Below, piece after piece: positions 23,408-36,149 of a stretch of DNA of 64,000 nt. The notes under the pieces are model-generated. The model made no database searches and was not told the origin of the DNA. It was given only the letters and a program-made list of their open reading frames with translations. The number at the start of each line of letters is the position of its first letter. The first letter of the stretch is position 1. The DNA is taken from the NCBI RefSeq assembly GCF_006345805.1, contig NC_043001.1, forward strand, positions 43,896,001 to 43,960,000, written 5' to 3'. The stretch is from Octopus sinensis (lineage: Eukaryota). A program made the translations under genes and the position numbers.

Positions 23408-26045
23408 CTGTAATATTAAAACAAAAAGTTGACCAGGTAAAAGAACTGTTTTCTGGAGAAGTGAATCTAAAACTTGCAGAAAGCCTTCCAGAGAAATACA
23501 TTTAACTAATTTAGTATATTACTGGTATTTATATAGTGACATAGAGTGTGTTCAACCCAGGGCAGCCCTTGAATTTGCACTCCTCCATCCTATATTTCAA
23601 TACAGCCTACACAGGCTAATACAGCAGCCCTAAAAAATGCTGTCCCTGTGAAAGTGTCACCTGGGATAGACTGCCTCATCCCACACCCTTTCCTAGGCAT
23701 GCTACTAGATTTATGCTATAGATAACTCAGTCGATACAGTTCATACCTCTCACTTTTTCATTTGGTGGTGGTGGTGGAGGTGAGGCTCAGAAAAGAAAGG
23801 GCAGTATAGATGACCCTTTTCACAAGTTCTAAGACTGGCAGAGAAAAAGAACAAAGTTAACCCAAGAATAGAGACTTGGTTCAAATGTTCATAACAGAGT
23901 GGTTCTTGCTAGACACTAAACACTCAAGGACCAGGTAGTAGTGCTAAAGTGGATAGCAGATCAAATCTACCTAATTCACAGTCAAATTCGATTTCAATTA
24001 AGATACACAAGACACTGAATCTGAACAACGTATTATGAATCATGTAGCCTGTCCTCCATCCTTTATTGGCACTACACTGCAATTGGAAGACATAAGACTG
24101 TAAAAAATATGAATGGACCCTCCAGTTGTCCTGTTTAACATCTTCTATCTGGTGACTTGGGTTCCACTTGCAGAGCCCAGGTCCACTCTGTAGCAAGCAG
24201 TTGGGACAGGCCCCTGGTTTGGGAAACTTTCTTTCCTCCTTCCCAGTAGTATTAGAAACCTCGAAAAAGGCCATGAGTATTGCCTTCTCTCCTGGATAAG
24301 AGACTACACACACACCCACACACACACACACACACATACACATTGTTGTCATTGTTGCCATCATTGTCGTCATCATCATCGTTTTATACCTGCTTTCCAT
24401 GCTGGCATGGGTTGGATAGGTAATCATATGTCATTTCTTATTGGACACTACTGCCCTTAAAGACTTTATGTGCCATTTGGCTTTGTTTTTTTTATATCCT
24501 TCCTATGACCAACCACTTTTACAGAGGATGCTGAAAGTATTTTCTCATGGCACTAACATTAGAGTACGTTGTAGCCTAAGGCATGTAGATTGAAAAATGG
24601 AATAAGGAGACATAGCAATGTCAGCAGAAAGGCCAGAAAAGTGTTGTTGAGAGGTGGGATAGCAGTGCACTCAATAGCCTCAGGTATACTCTTTACTCTT
24701 TTACTCCTTTATTTGTTTCAGTCATTTGACTGTGGCCATGTTGGAGCACAGCCTTTAGTCAAGCAAATCGACCCCAGGACTTATTCTCTGTAAGCCTAGT
24801 ACTTATTCTATCGGTTTCTTTGCTGAACCGCTAAGTTACGGGGACGTAAACACACCAGCATTGGTTGTCAAGTGATGGTGGAGGGACAAACACAAACAAA
24901 CATATATATATATATACGATGAGCTTCTTTCAGTTTCCGTCTACCAAATCGACTCACAAGGCTTTGGTTGGCCTGAGGCTATAGTAGAAGACACTTGCCC
25001 AAGTTGCCATGCAGTGGGATTGAACCCGGAACCATGTGGTTGGTAAGCAAGCTACTTACCACACAGCCACTTCTGTGCCTATGTTTATTTACTCTGGTGA
25101 ACCAGGAAGAAAGTAGGGAAGAGACAAAGAGTAAGACGTAGAAGATTTAGAATTCTATATATTCAGCTATCTGAGCTAGATCATCAGTATATAGGAGTTT
25201 CCATGGACAGCTGGCCTTGAACTTGTCTGTGCTGTCCGGAGGGACTATGATGAATAGAAAGGGACTGAGGATTGAATATTTAGTGTGACTGAATGGTAAT
25301 GAGTACAGTGAAGTACAATGATGTTAAATTCATAATTGTACTCATCACTGACTTTCATGTTACTGAGTCCATTTTTCTACATAGAACTCTCATAAGCCAT
25401 TTATCTACAGTTTGTTTCTTAAGTGACCACCAGGTCATTAAGCATGGTACCCAGTCAAAGGCTACACAGAGTTGCTACTCTTTAGTAAATACTTCTGCTG
25501 TATTCTTCATACTAGGAAAATGGCATCTAGTCTAATTCTATTCCTGAGCTGTTGTGCTATGACTCTTTTGTTGACTTTCATAACTTGGCCAACAATTTCA
25601 TATCACTGTAATTTCCTCTCTCCAATACATCTCCTTTGTTTTGGTAGCAGTTTACAGAGATACTATGCCACTAGTTATTGCACACACACACACACACACA
25701 CACACTGGAAAAAACCACAGAAGAAAAGTTGTAACATTGCCAATGGAATTCAAATATTGCCTGCTGTAAATCATATGCAGGCATCTCCTGCATTACAATT
25801 TCCTCAGGTTATGCAATTTTGTGCTTCTGAGAATTGTAAAATATGACTACTGATTTCAGGTTATGGCCTGTAATTTGGAGAATTTAAAAACTACACCTTC
25901 TTCTTAACCAAAAGGCTTCTGCTCAGCCAAGATTAAAATATAGATAATAATATGATATACTAGAATTAAGATACATACATACACATACATACACACATAC
26001 ACATACAAATGCATACACACACACATGCTCACATACATATATATG

Positions 26046-29000
26046 TACTAGGTTGAGTCAAAGGGATTTTTTAATTTTCACTGATGCTATTTGGCAAATT
26101 GTATCTCCATGTTGTATCATTAATTTGATACAACTTGTTATCCAATCACTACTGAATTGTTTATTGTTTATTTGCATATATAACATAAAGGGCAAAGACC
26201 CCTTTGATCATTAATGACCATGGAATTGCACCTAGAAAGCTCCCCTCCGAGACACAAGGCCAAGCAAGGTGGTTTAAGGAAGACCAGCAGTCACCTATGG
26301 ATACCAGCTGCCCTTCTCCATGCCACTGATGTTATCCAAGGGAAAGGTAAAGTCCAATACAGCTTGGCACCAATAATGTCACAACTCATTTCTACAGATG
26401 AGTGAACTAGAGCAATGCGGAATAAAGTGTCTTGCTCAAGAACACAACACACAGCCTGGTCTTGGGAATTGAATTCACTACCTCATGATTGTGAGCCCAA
26501 TTCTCTAACCACTGAGCCATGTGCCTTCACATATATAACGTCTTATAATAATTCTGCTTGTCATTGTGTGACTTAGCTCATCAGTAATGCTTTCATGTGA
26601 TTAGAGAAAAAGAGAGAGAAAGAAAAGAGGGAGAGAGAAAAAGAGAGAGGGAGAAAAAGAGGGAGGGAGAAAAAGAGAGAGGGAGAAAAAGAGGGAGGGA
26701 GAAAAATAGGGAGAGAGAAGCATCCGTGATGTGAGGTAGAGGGAATGTAATTGTAATGCTATCATGTGATTGGTTGAAGGGAAAGAGAGGAGAAAGAAAA
26801 AGGAGAGGGAAAAAAAGGATAAGGTGAAGTGTGAGACAGAAAGAGGAAGAAAGAAACGAGGGAGAGAGAAGCGTCCATGACATGAGGTAGAGGTAATGTA
26901 ATATTTATTACATGTTTAAAAAAGTTAGTTGACGGTAGAAGAAGAGAGTTAAAATATAATTTTAGCAGAGGGGTGATGTTCTGATAGTGAAGTTAAAGAA
27001 TGGCAGAGAGAGAGAGAGAGAGATGACGGTGGTAGAGGTGGTGGTGGTGGTGAATGGATAGTGGAAAGTGTATTTTTTTAAATTGAACTAAGTTTCTTAT
27101 ATCACCTATTAACGTATGTGTATAAGCGCAATTCTGTGAAATATTCACGCTTATTTACGTGGCAGATATATGCAATTTAACTAAAGGTTGTATCATATGT
27201 ACAGGATATTTTTTTTGCTTATGGGGAAAATGGAAAAATAAGAGCAAATATTCATTATATGAGTATTGTGAATTAAGTCTATAAAATTGTGTATAAAGTA
27301 TATCACCATCATCATCATCATCATCATTTAATGACTGTTGTTTATGCTGGCATGGGTTGGATGGTTTGACCAGGCTGGCATACTGGAAGGCTGCACCAGA
27401 CTCCAATGTTTGATTTGGCATGGTTTTCTACAGCTGGATGCCCTTCCTAATGCTGACCACTCTGAGAGTGTAATGGATGCTTTTACATGTCACCAGCACG
27501 GGTGTCCTTTGCATGACACTGGAGTGCTTTTATGTGCCACCAGTATGGGTGCCAGTTTGCATGACACTGTATCTGCCACAACTGTGATTTTGCTCAATTC
27601 GATGGGTCTTCTTCTTAAGCATGACATAATGCCAAAGGTCTCAGTCATTGCCTCCGTGAGGCCCAACACTCAAAAGGTGCTTTTTACATGCCTGCAATTT
27701 TGCTTGACTTGATGGGTTTTCTTCTCAAGCATGACATAATGCCAAAGGTCTCAGTCATTGCCTCCATGAGGCCAAACACTTGAAAGGAACTCAGCCACTT
27801 TGTCTCTGTGAGGGCCAATGCTTGAAAGGTGTTCTTTACGTGCCACCAGCATGGGTGCACTTGGCTTGATGGGTTCTCTCAAGCACAGCACATTGCCAAA
27901 GTTCTCAGTCACCAGTCATTGCCTCTGTGAGGCTCAAAGTCTGAAGATCATGCTTCACCACCTCATCCCATGTATCCCTGGGTCTACCTCTACTACGGGT
28001 TCCCTCCACAGTTGGAGACTGGCACTTCTTTACATAGGTATATATATATAAAGTGCATTAAGTAATCACCATATTCCAATTTCTTTCACTTTTCAATGAG
28101 TAGCAGATGATCAACTATCTTTCCATACAGACACAACACAGGTTACACTTTCAGGTTTTTTGGATAATGTTTTCAGAAATAACCCAATAGGTTTGCCATT
28201 AATTCCGTGAAATATTCATGGGCCCCCCACTATTATAAACATTAATTGTTTATAATTCTTTATTTTATATAACATATAAACATTAATAGTTTATTCTTTA
28301 TTTTACAGCTTTGATAATGAATGGGGAAAAAAATTAGAGCTATTTTATGCTATCTGCGTTAAAATGAACTGACAGCAAGGGAAATGGCAAAAAATATTAA
28401 TGATATGGAAGGCTCAGGAACTGTCAACAAATATGTGACTGGCACAAGACTAATTCAGACATTTCAAAAAAGATCATATCAGGCTTGAAGACAAACCGAG
28501 GTCAGGGAGACTTTGTTATGGAAGATGAGGCCTTACTTGAAATACATGACCAACAGCTAAGAACAAGCACTCCTAAATTGTTGGTAAAACTTGGTCCTTC
28601 ACAAAACACCATCAACTGACACCACCATAACTTCAGCCTTGTGAAAAGACATTGATGAGAAGCTCCTCATGAATTAACCAATGACCAGACTCAATGATAC
28701 ATGAACATTTGCAAACAACTACTGGCAAATCCTCAAGATGCTAATTTTTGGCACAGATTCATAACTGGGGATGAAAAATGGAACTAGCAAGAGAAATCAG
28801 TGGTTCCATTCTGGTCAGGCTTCAGAACTTGTTGTCAAACATGAGCAGTTTGAACAGAAGATCATGTTTAGTGTTTGATGAAATTTGAAGTGTGTGTTGT
28901 ACTTTGAGCTTGTCCCAGATGGTCATGCTGTGAACACTAACCTTTATGTTCAACATATACAATGAGTATATAATGCTTTGAAAACTTGCTACTTGACTTT

Positions 29001-29408
29001 GATCAATTGAAGATGCACACTCCTACAGCATGACAATGCCCCCAACATGCACTACTAATGTGACCAAGTACAAACTTGAGGAATTTGAAGGGCTGGCAGT
29101 GCTACCTCATCCTGCTTGCTGTCCAAAACTTGCACCTTTAGATTACCACCTTTATTGAGGTATGGCTAATTTCCTTCATAAATGGAGGTTCAACAATGTG
29201 GATGATGTTGAAAATGGATCCATGGAGATTTTTGCCTCTAAAGTAGCCAAATGGTATAAGTATGGAAATGAGCTTCTGACACAATGATGGCAATATACAA
29301 TAGAATATGATGGTATACATTTTGGTAAATAAACACTTCTTGTATGTAATTTGTTTGAACTATTAACTAAAGCCAGAAATATGAAAAAACTTTTGACTCA
29401 ACATAGTA
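26046..29408 (+). mobile_element. degenerate mariner stretched by nested insertions; transposase relic at about 28320-29330
   Basis: LEDKPRSGR, APHELT, ITGDEKW, QHDNA, LAPLDYH motifs; putative TIRs TACTAGGTTGAGTCAAA and reverse complement TACTATGTTGAGTCAAA. Confidence 0.7.
27308..28030 (-). mobile_element. 3' fragment of the same RTE family
   Basis: reverse complement matches 48790-49348, including the ORF end and (CAT)n tail; shorter 3' ends also near 18100-18370, 22850-23128, 39620-39800, 41010-41160, 45660-45910, 50480-50830, 52340-52645. Confidence 0.75.
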
Positions 29409-29565
29409 TAAATGTGTGTGTGTATGCAAGTTATGTCACTATCAACACTTATAGAGTATGAGACAGAATTTTCCATTGTGAGTATTTGTGTATTTGTGTA
29501 TATTTCCATGAGTTATGGTCTATCAATTTTCCACCTCTCTACTTATATATATATATATATATATA

Positions 29566-29625
<60 letters not shown>

Positions 29626-29999
29626 CTACACACACTCTTACACATACATACACACATGTGCATATGCATGTACACACGTGCACACACACACATACACACA
29701 CACACTGTAAAGTGATAGGTACATACATGCAGTAAGTGCTCAGGCTGCTTTGCTGCCTAAATTTCAACTTGAAATGTAACAAAAAAAAAAAAAAGCATGG
29801 ATGTCATAGCTACCTAATGAAGATCAGCTTTAAGCAGTGTTTCAATGGAACAAGCATGTGTATAAAAGAATAAAAGTATAAACAGGCAAAGAATTGGAAT
29901 CAGGTCAAATTATGCCATTTGTATATTTAAAGATTGACACAGCATGAGGGTAAAATTGAATATTACAGGAGTTTAGATTACAAAAGGTTTCTAAAAGAT

Positions 30000-30032
<33 letters not shown>

Positions 30033-30033
30033 A

Positions 30034-30073
<40 letters not shown>

Positions 30074-30351
30074 ATAATAATAATAATAATAATCTTTTCT
30101 ACTAGAGGCTCAAGGCATGAAATTTTGGGGGAGGGGATCAGTCGATTGCATTGACTCCAGTGTTTCACTGGTACTTAATTTATCAACCCTGAAAGGATGA
30201 AAGGCAAAGTCAACCTTGGTGAAATTTGAACTCAGAATGTGCAGACAGACAAAGTGCCACAAGTGCATTTCGCCTGGCATGCTAATGATTCTGCCAGCTT
30301 GCTGCTCTAATAATAATAATAACAACAACAACAACAACAACAACAATAATA

Positions 30352-30428
<77 letters not shown>

Positions 30429-30430
30429 GA
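30000..30430. repeat. trinucleotide arrays (ACT/AAT and AAT/AAC/GAT) flanking a SINE fragment
   Basis: direct inspection. Confidence 0.95.
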
Positions 30431-30519
30431 CAACTCTATGGAATATAACAAATATGACAGAGATGAATCTGATAGCATTATTTTAACCCCAGATAGATGT
30501 CTTAGTAATAATACTAATA

Positions 30520-31000
30520 ATCAAACATAATGGAAGTCCAATAGGAAAGGATGCAACTGTAAAATGCATAATAATTGTCCATTACAAGGCAACTGCAGTA
30601 GATTTAATATTGTTTATGAATACACTGTCCTTAACAAACAATAAAACTCCATGAGGATATACATTGGTAACTCATCTGAGCTCTTTTAAATCTACTAAAC
30701 ACAATAAGTCTACCCCATTAGCTAACCACATACACAATCTTAAGAGAAATAGTGTACCATATAATATTACTAGGTCTATCATTAATACTGAAATGTCATA
30801 CTAGGGAAGCCATGCATCATGCTGGTTATGCTTAAAAGAATCTATACAAATCCTATTACACTATTCACCACAATTACTTGAATTGACAAAATGATGTGTT
30901 TATCACTTATGCCCAAAGAGTCTTCAAAACATTCTGATTTTATCATAAGTCTAAATGTCACACTTTGAATCTATCCACACAGTTCTCACCTACATAAACT
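30520..31000 (+). mobile_element. Penelope-like element, GIY-YIG endonuclease region relic
   Basis: GCNCKMHNNCPLQGNC...IVYE, IYIG, LANHIHNLK..V.YNI, CWLCLKE. Confidence 0.65.
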
Positions 31001-32139
31001 ATAGGTGCATTATATGTTTAATTTAATTTAATTCTTAGAGCACCCTGTCATCCCTCTTTTTATACTATGACATACCATCCTACATCCTTCTCTGAAATGC
31101 TTATTTACTATTCCTATTCTAAATTTACCACTTAATCAAACTTTATATGATATCATATTCCATGATTCTTTATTTTACTCTACATTCTGCTGGTAATTCC
31201 AGTACAACGATTTAACTAAATATTATATTCCAGTAACCACTTATTGTATTCCCAGTTAATGTAAAAGATTTAAAGCTCTTAATTTTTACTTCTATGCTTC
31301 TCCTATACCTACATTTAACCATATTCATACTTTTCATTAAACTTGTTAAATCCTTATTCTTATAATAAACTAGCACAGATACCCAGTGTCACTAATGTCA
31401 CATGGAATTGTAAAATTAGACTTTTCTTTTATATTTTCTAATGAACTAGAATACCTAGGATTCAAATTTCATCAAAATTGGGGATTAAGAATTTTAATGA
31501 GGGTTCTTTCCCTCTTTACACACCCTAACAAAAATTCTAATCATGACATATTTATCCCATACTAATCATCTTTATGCCCTGATTCCAAAATCCAAATCTT
31601 AGAAAACCTATTCAAAGGATTTTGCTCCTGAAGAATGGAGCTGAGAACCACTGAATTAACATAACATTTTCCTACCCATACACATTGCACTGATCAACAT
31701 AGAACACATCTGGAAATAGTTTTGTAGATTTTATCTTGTACTTTACTCCCCACTCTGAAACTGTAGCTCCCTCGTCACATAATGCCCCCTTTGGTTAGCT
31801 TAGTTAACTGATAATTCAAATTTACTTGTCTCATACACTTTTGCTACTCTATATGTATCATTCATGCCATCCCACTTAGCATCCTCTTTCCATACCCATA
31901 TTGGCACAGGCCACTTCTTTCTATATGCATTCCTGTAATTCTTGAACTTTATATATCTATCCCTTGTCATATATGTTAGTTTCTATCTGTTTTCTTATCA
32001 ACACCTTATATTTTTTGCCTCTTTTCTTTTGAGCTCACGTCAGTATACCCCATACCCATTATAAGGCAAATTAGAGTTACTATGTATTGTATGAGCTGAC
32101 ATTGTCCCTTTGCTCATATGCTACATGAATCCTTCCAAC

Positions 32140-32650
32140 AGAGATTCCATGAGACATTCTAAATGTTGGGTGGCCCTTGCAGACCCCAAGCACAGAGGTC
32201 TGGAGGGGAGCCAACATGCTGAGCATTGAGGCAATGATGCACAAGCACCATTTACATTGGACTGGACACCTTGTTCAGATGAATGATTGGAGGATCCCTG
32301 AACAGTTGCTATATGGTAAACTTGTTTGTGGAAAGTGTCCCAAGCAGAAAGTAAGACTACAATTTAAGTATTGTGCAAATCCCTCATTGAAGGTATGTGA
32401 AATATGAGCAGTTAATTGGGAAAGCAATGTCAGTTATCACAACTAATGGAGGTAATGAGAAAGGATGGAGTAGGTATTTTTGAAGAAACATGCATTTTGC
32501 ATGCTGAACTTAAGTGAGCTGCTCAAATAAACACCAGCAGTGTAGGGAAGAGGGGAAACTTGATCTACAATATCTACAGACATTTATGTTTATTATGGAA
32601 CTGGGCTTATTAGTCACCAGTGGAGCTGCAAAAGTAATGTATAATTTTGT
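32140..32650 (+). mobile_element. RTE-clade LINE 3' fragment
   Basis: EVWRGANMLSIEAMM..HHLHWTGHLVQMNDWRIPEQLLYGKL. Confidence 0.75.
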
Positions 32651-33077
32651 CTGAGTTGACAATGTTCTTAATGATCATGTGATGATCTTCCTTGATCACA
32701 AGTAGATAGCCATCATATACATATATATTGATCTAGGATAAAAAAAAACAATTCAGTCAACATTTAAAATTTACAAGAGCATCACTTTCTCATGTGACTG
32801 GTTTTCATTTCAGATGGAGTTGTTTGTACTATTGTTGTTGTAGCTGTTGGCCATTAAGAAGTCACCGACTGGTAATGCCAGAGGTTGAACTAGTGTAGTC
32901 TTGGTGTTGATGCTGATGATAATGGTGGTGATGCTACATGGAACTATTTTATTTATTAGCCATTCTTCATCCATTGATATTGCTCTCTACACTTGCACAT
33001 TACATTGACCATCCCTCTCCCTGTTTCTGTACTGTGCTTGCCTTTCTTTCAATCTTCTGCACACACACACACACACA

Positions 33078-33450
33078 GATCCAAAATTAGGGAATGGAGT
33101 AGATAAAATCCAGGTTACATGTTTCATAGCTAGCAAACCTCAGAAGTTGTGATTATCCAAACAAGAAGTAATCCACTAGCCACTTGTCAGGCAAAAGACA
33201 CCTTAATCAAAAGAAGTTTACATTGTTGTCAAGGGATCCCATGTTGACTTGCATGATTTCCAATCAAATCTCCTGCAAGTAAACATAAGATCCCTTGATG
33301 ACAATGTAAACTTTTGATTAAGATATTGTTGGCCTGATTAGTAACTAGTGCATTACCCTTCATTTGGATAATTACTACTTCCAAGGTTCTGCTAGCTATG
33401 AAACATATGTAACCTGGATTTTATCAACTCCATTTCCTAATTTTTGATTT
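33078..33450. repeat. imperfect foldback element (arms about 180 bp) in CFAP126 intron 1
   Basis: e.g. AATCCAGGTTACATGTTTCATAGCTAGCA vs TGCTAGCTATGAAACATATGTAACCTGGATT. Confidence 0.7.
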
Positions 33451-33649
33451 CTTTTTGCATACACAGCAACCCCTGCTGCAAACCATAATCTATAAAACAA
33501 TCTTTTCAGCTTATTGAATTTCGATACGCGAAAAATTTAGGACCTTCTACATCAATAAACCACTATTATTCCTGAAAGTTGTTTTTTATACCCTCTACAG
33601 ACTACTTGAAGATCCTACTCTTTTCCTAAACCTTGATACTTGAATCTTA

Positions 33650-33717
<68 letters not shown>

Positions 33718-34025
33718 GTAGTTAAAAAGACATTAGCGTCTATTTCTAATTCAGTATGTGGCGAGGCACTTAGCTGACCCCTGATTATAATTATGTATAT
33801 AACTGTAGAATATATATATATATATGGTTCAAAATTGTACAGTGTGTGTGTGTATGTGGGTATATATATATATATATATATATAATGCATACTTACATAA
33901 AACTGTATAATGCATGTATAAACATATATGCACATTTATAGTGCATGTGTGTGTATTGTCAATCATTATAAAGATAAAGCACGGTGAGGTAGAAGCAGAG
34001 AAAATGGATAAATACACTTCGTTAC

Positions 34026-34052
34026 CTGATTAGCAGAGAATTGTCTCGACAT
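34026..34052 (-). CDS. CFAP126: CFAP126/Flattop exon 1 (MSRQFSANQ)
   Basis: ATG TCG AGA CAA TTC TCT GCT AAT CAG|gtaac; 27-nt exon matching the Flattop N-terminus (human MATNYSANQ). Confidence 0.93.
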
Positions 34053-34100
34053 TTCGTCTAACTTTTCTTGTTTCGTTTAGAGAAACAAAAAGGTAAGAAT

Positions 34101-34115
34101 GTTTCCCTTGGAAAC
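34101..34115. promoter_or_regulatory. RFX X-box (GTTTCC-CTT-GGAAAC) in the CFAP126/TMEM147 intergenic promoter
   Basis: palindromic half-sites fitting GTNNCC-N(0-3)-RGNAAC, 49 bp upstream of the ATG of a ciliary gene; extra GGTAAC half-site follows at 34116-34121. Confidence 0.7.
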
Positions 34116-34582
34116 GGTAACTAAGTCATAAATACACGCATAAAATAGTTATGCAATTTCAGAAGAAAAAGTAAAAAAAAAAAAATAATGAAAAGGAAAA
34201 CAATAACCAATATTCATTTTTAATAACACATTGTACAAAATTTGAAAAACAGGAATTTCGGAAGGATGGTTTTTAAGTATGTAAGAGCCCAGGAAACTGA
34301 ATGCGTATAAGTATCCAGCTTTAAAAAATTCCGGCCGGAAATACGTTCTCATTGAAGTATCAATAATTTGATATAATATTTGATAAAAAATTAATAAATC
34401 AAAGATCTATGTATTAAGTGAGTCACTGTGTTTATTTATAGTTTTTGTTTTTGTAGAGTTCGTCGGCTTTAAGATAGTTACCGAACAAAATGATGTATAG
34501 TTATGTATTAGCTTTGGGGTTTTTTTCCCTTTTACACCGTTTCGTTGCTTGATTAAGAAAGTATTTCTGTTGGCTTCCAATT

Positions 34583-34659
34583 ATGACTTTATTTCACTTC
34601 GGGAACTGTGTCGCATTGGCATACGTGCCTTATGTAATAGTGTACAGATGTTCTGGAAT
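34583..34659 (+). CDS. TMEM147: TMEM147 exon 1, copy A ([25 protein letters not shown])
   Basis: matches the conserved [16 protein letters not shown]-terminus; 77 nt, gtaagt donor. Confidence 0.85.
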
Positions 34660-35113
34660 GTAAGTATAGTAGAAAATATATTTTAAAAACTTTATGTAAG
34701 TGAAAACGAACATCAACATCGTAGCATGTTTCACCGACCGTGTAAGTAACGAGCATGGTCCATCGTGTTTAATTCTAATTTAACTTTCTAAACGTAATAA
34801 TTTGACTCTCAGATCGTTATAATATACTTTGTTAACTATACATAACTATATAAGGCCACTATAATTTATATAAAATGCCTATATGGCAATGTTTCCCTTT
34901 TATTTTGCTTTCTTTTTTACCGAAATAACGGCATTCATTCCTTACCGAGGAGAAATTTACCAAACCAAAAACTAGCAAATTTTAGATTATTTACTAATAA
35001 TAATTGTGCTTTAAATTCATATCTGTAAGAAACAATTATTTTAAAATTACTCTCTTAAAATTTCGAATTTTTTATCATTGAAATGTCCACCTGCTTTCTG
35101 TCGGCTTCCAATT

Positions 35114-35190
35114 ATGACTTTATTTCACTTCGGGAACTGTGTCGCATTGGCATACGTGCCTTATGTAATAGTGTACAGATGTTCTGGAAT
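35114..35190 (+). CDS. TMEM147: TMEM147 exon 1, copy B (coding sequence identical to copy A)
   Basis: same 77 nt plus gtaagt donor; part of a 140-bp duplication (34564-34703 / 35095-35234). Confidence 0.85.
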
Positions 35191-36149
35191 GTAAGTATAG
35201 TAGAAAATATATTTTAAAAACTTTATGTAAGTGATTAGCTCCATGTCAGCCCCAACTGAGCAGATATGTTCAGAGGTATTCGAGCCGCATAGATTCTTCT
35301 TTTTCAGAATTGTGTTGGGGCGAAGATAAAGAATACGTAAACCCGGAGGTTGGAGGTTAGGGTTTTAATTACACCGAAAACCGGTGGTTTACCTCCGCCT
35401 TGTGTTGAATTATGTTCTCCAATGTGTCCTGTTCTTAAGATGTTAGAGGATCATCCAAGGGAATTTGGTTACTATTTATAGCCGGTCTCAGTTTTAGTGT
35501 CATTCTAGGCTTTACAGTAGTAATTGCTTTGGTTTTTTAATTGTGACACCTCCAACATTGTTTATTTTAATACTTCCTTAGTTAATCTTTCAAAAACTTT
35601 AGAAGTGTAATTATATCAGCATTCCAAGGCTTTTAGTGAAGTAAACCTTGCAAGACAGTCTGTGACATATCTTCTGTTCAGTATCACCCTCTGTTGAGAA
35701 TATAGTGTACTAGGGAAAAAGCTGATGGTAATGGCACATAATTAAGTAGATTAATAAGGGTACAGGAATCACCTAAAGATACCTAGCTGTTAACAACCCA
35801 GTCAACCTGGTTTTATGTAGGTCTCATAGTGTAGTGCAATAAACATAGTAATATTGGCATGTGAAGGGAAGAAAGTTGTTTAGCATCAGATAAGCTTGAA
35901 ATGTGCAGCATTATGATCAAATGTATGTCATTCTTTCAGATACTGTACCTAGGATGACATCGTTTAATGGGTACTTTTTTAAAATGATATTGCATGATTT
36001 GAGAGAGATTTGGTTACTATTTCTAGCAGGTCGAGTGGTCTTGTAAAGACAAGAATATCAAACTTGTTAGGCTTTGTGGGCTAGACTGAAGATGCAGAGT
36101 TATGTGGTAAAAATTCATTGACATGGTTTATGAAATATATATATATATA

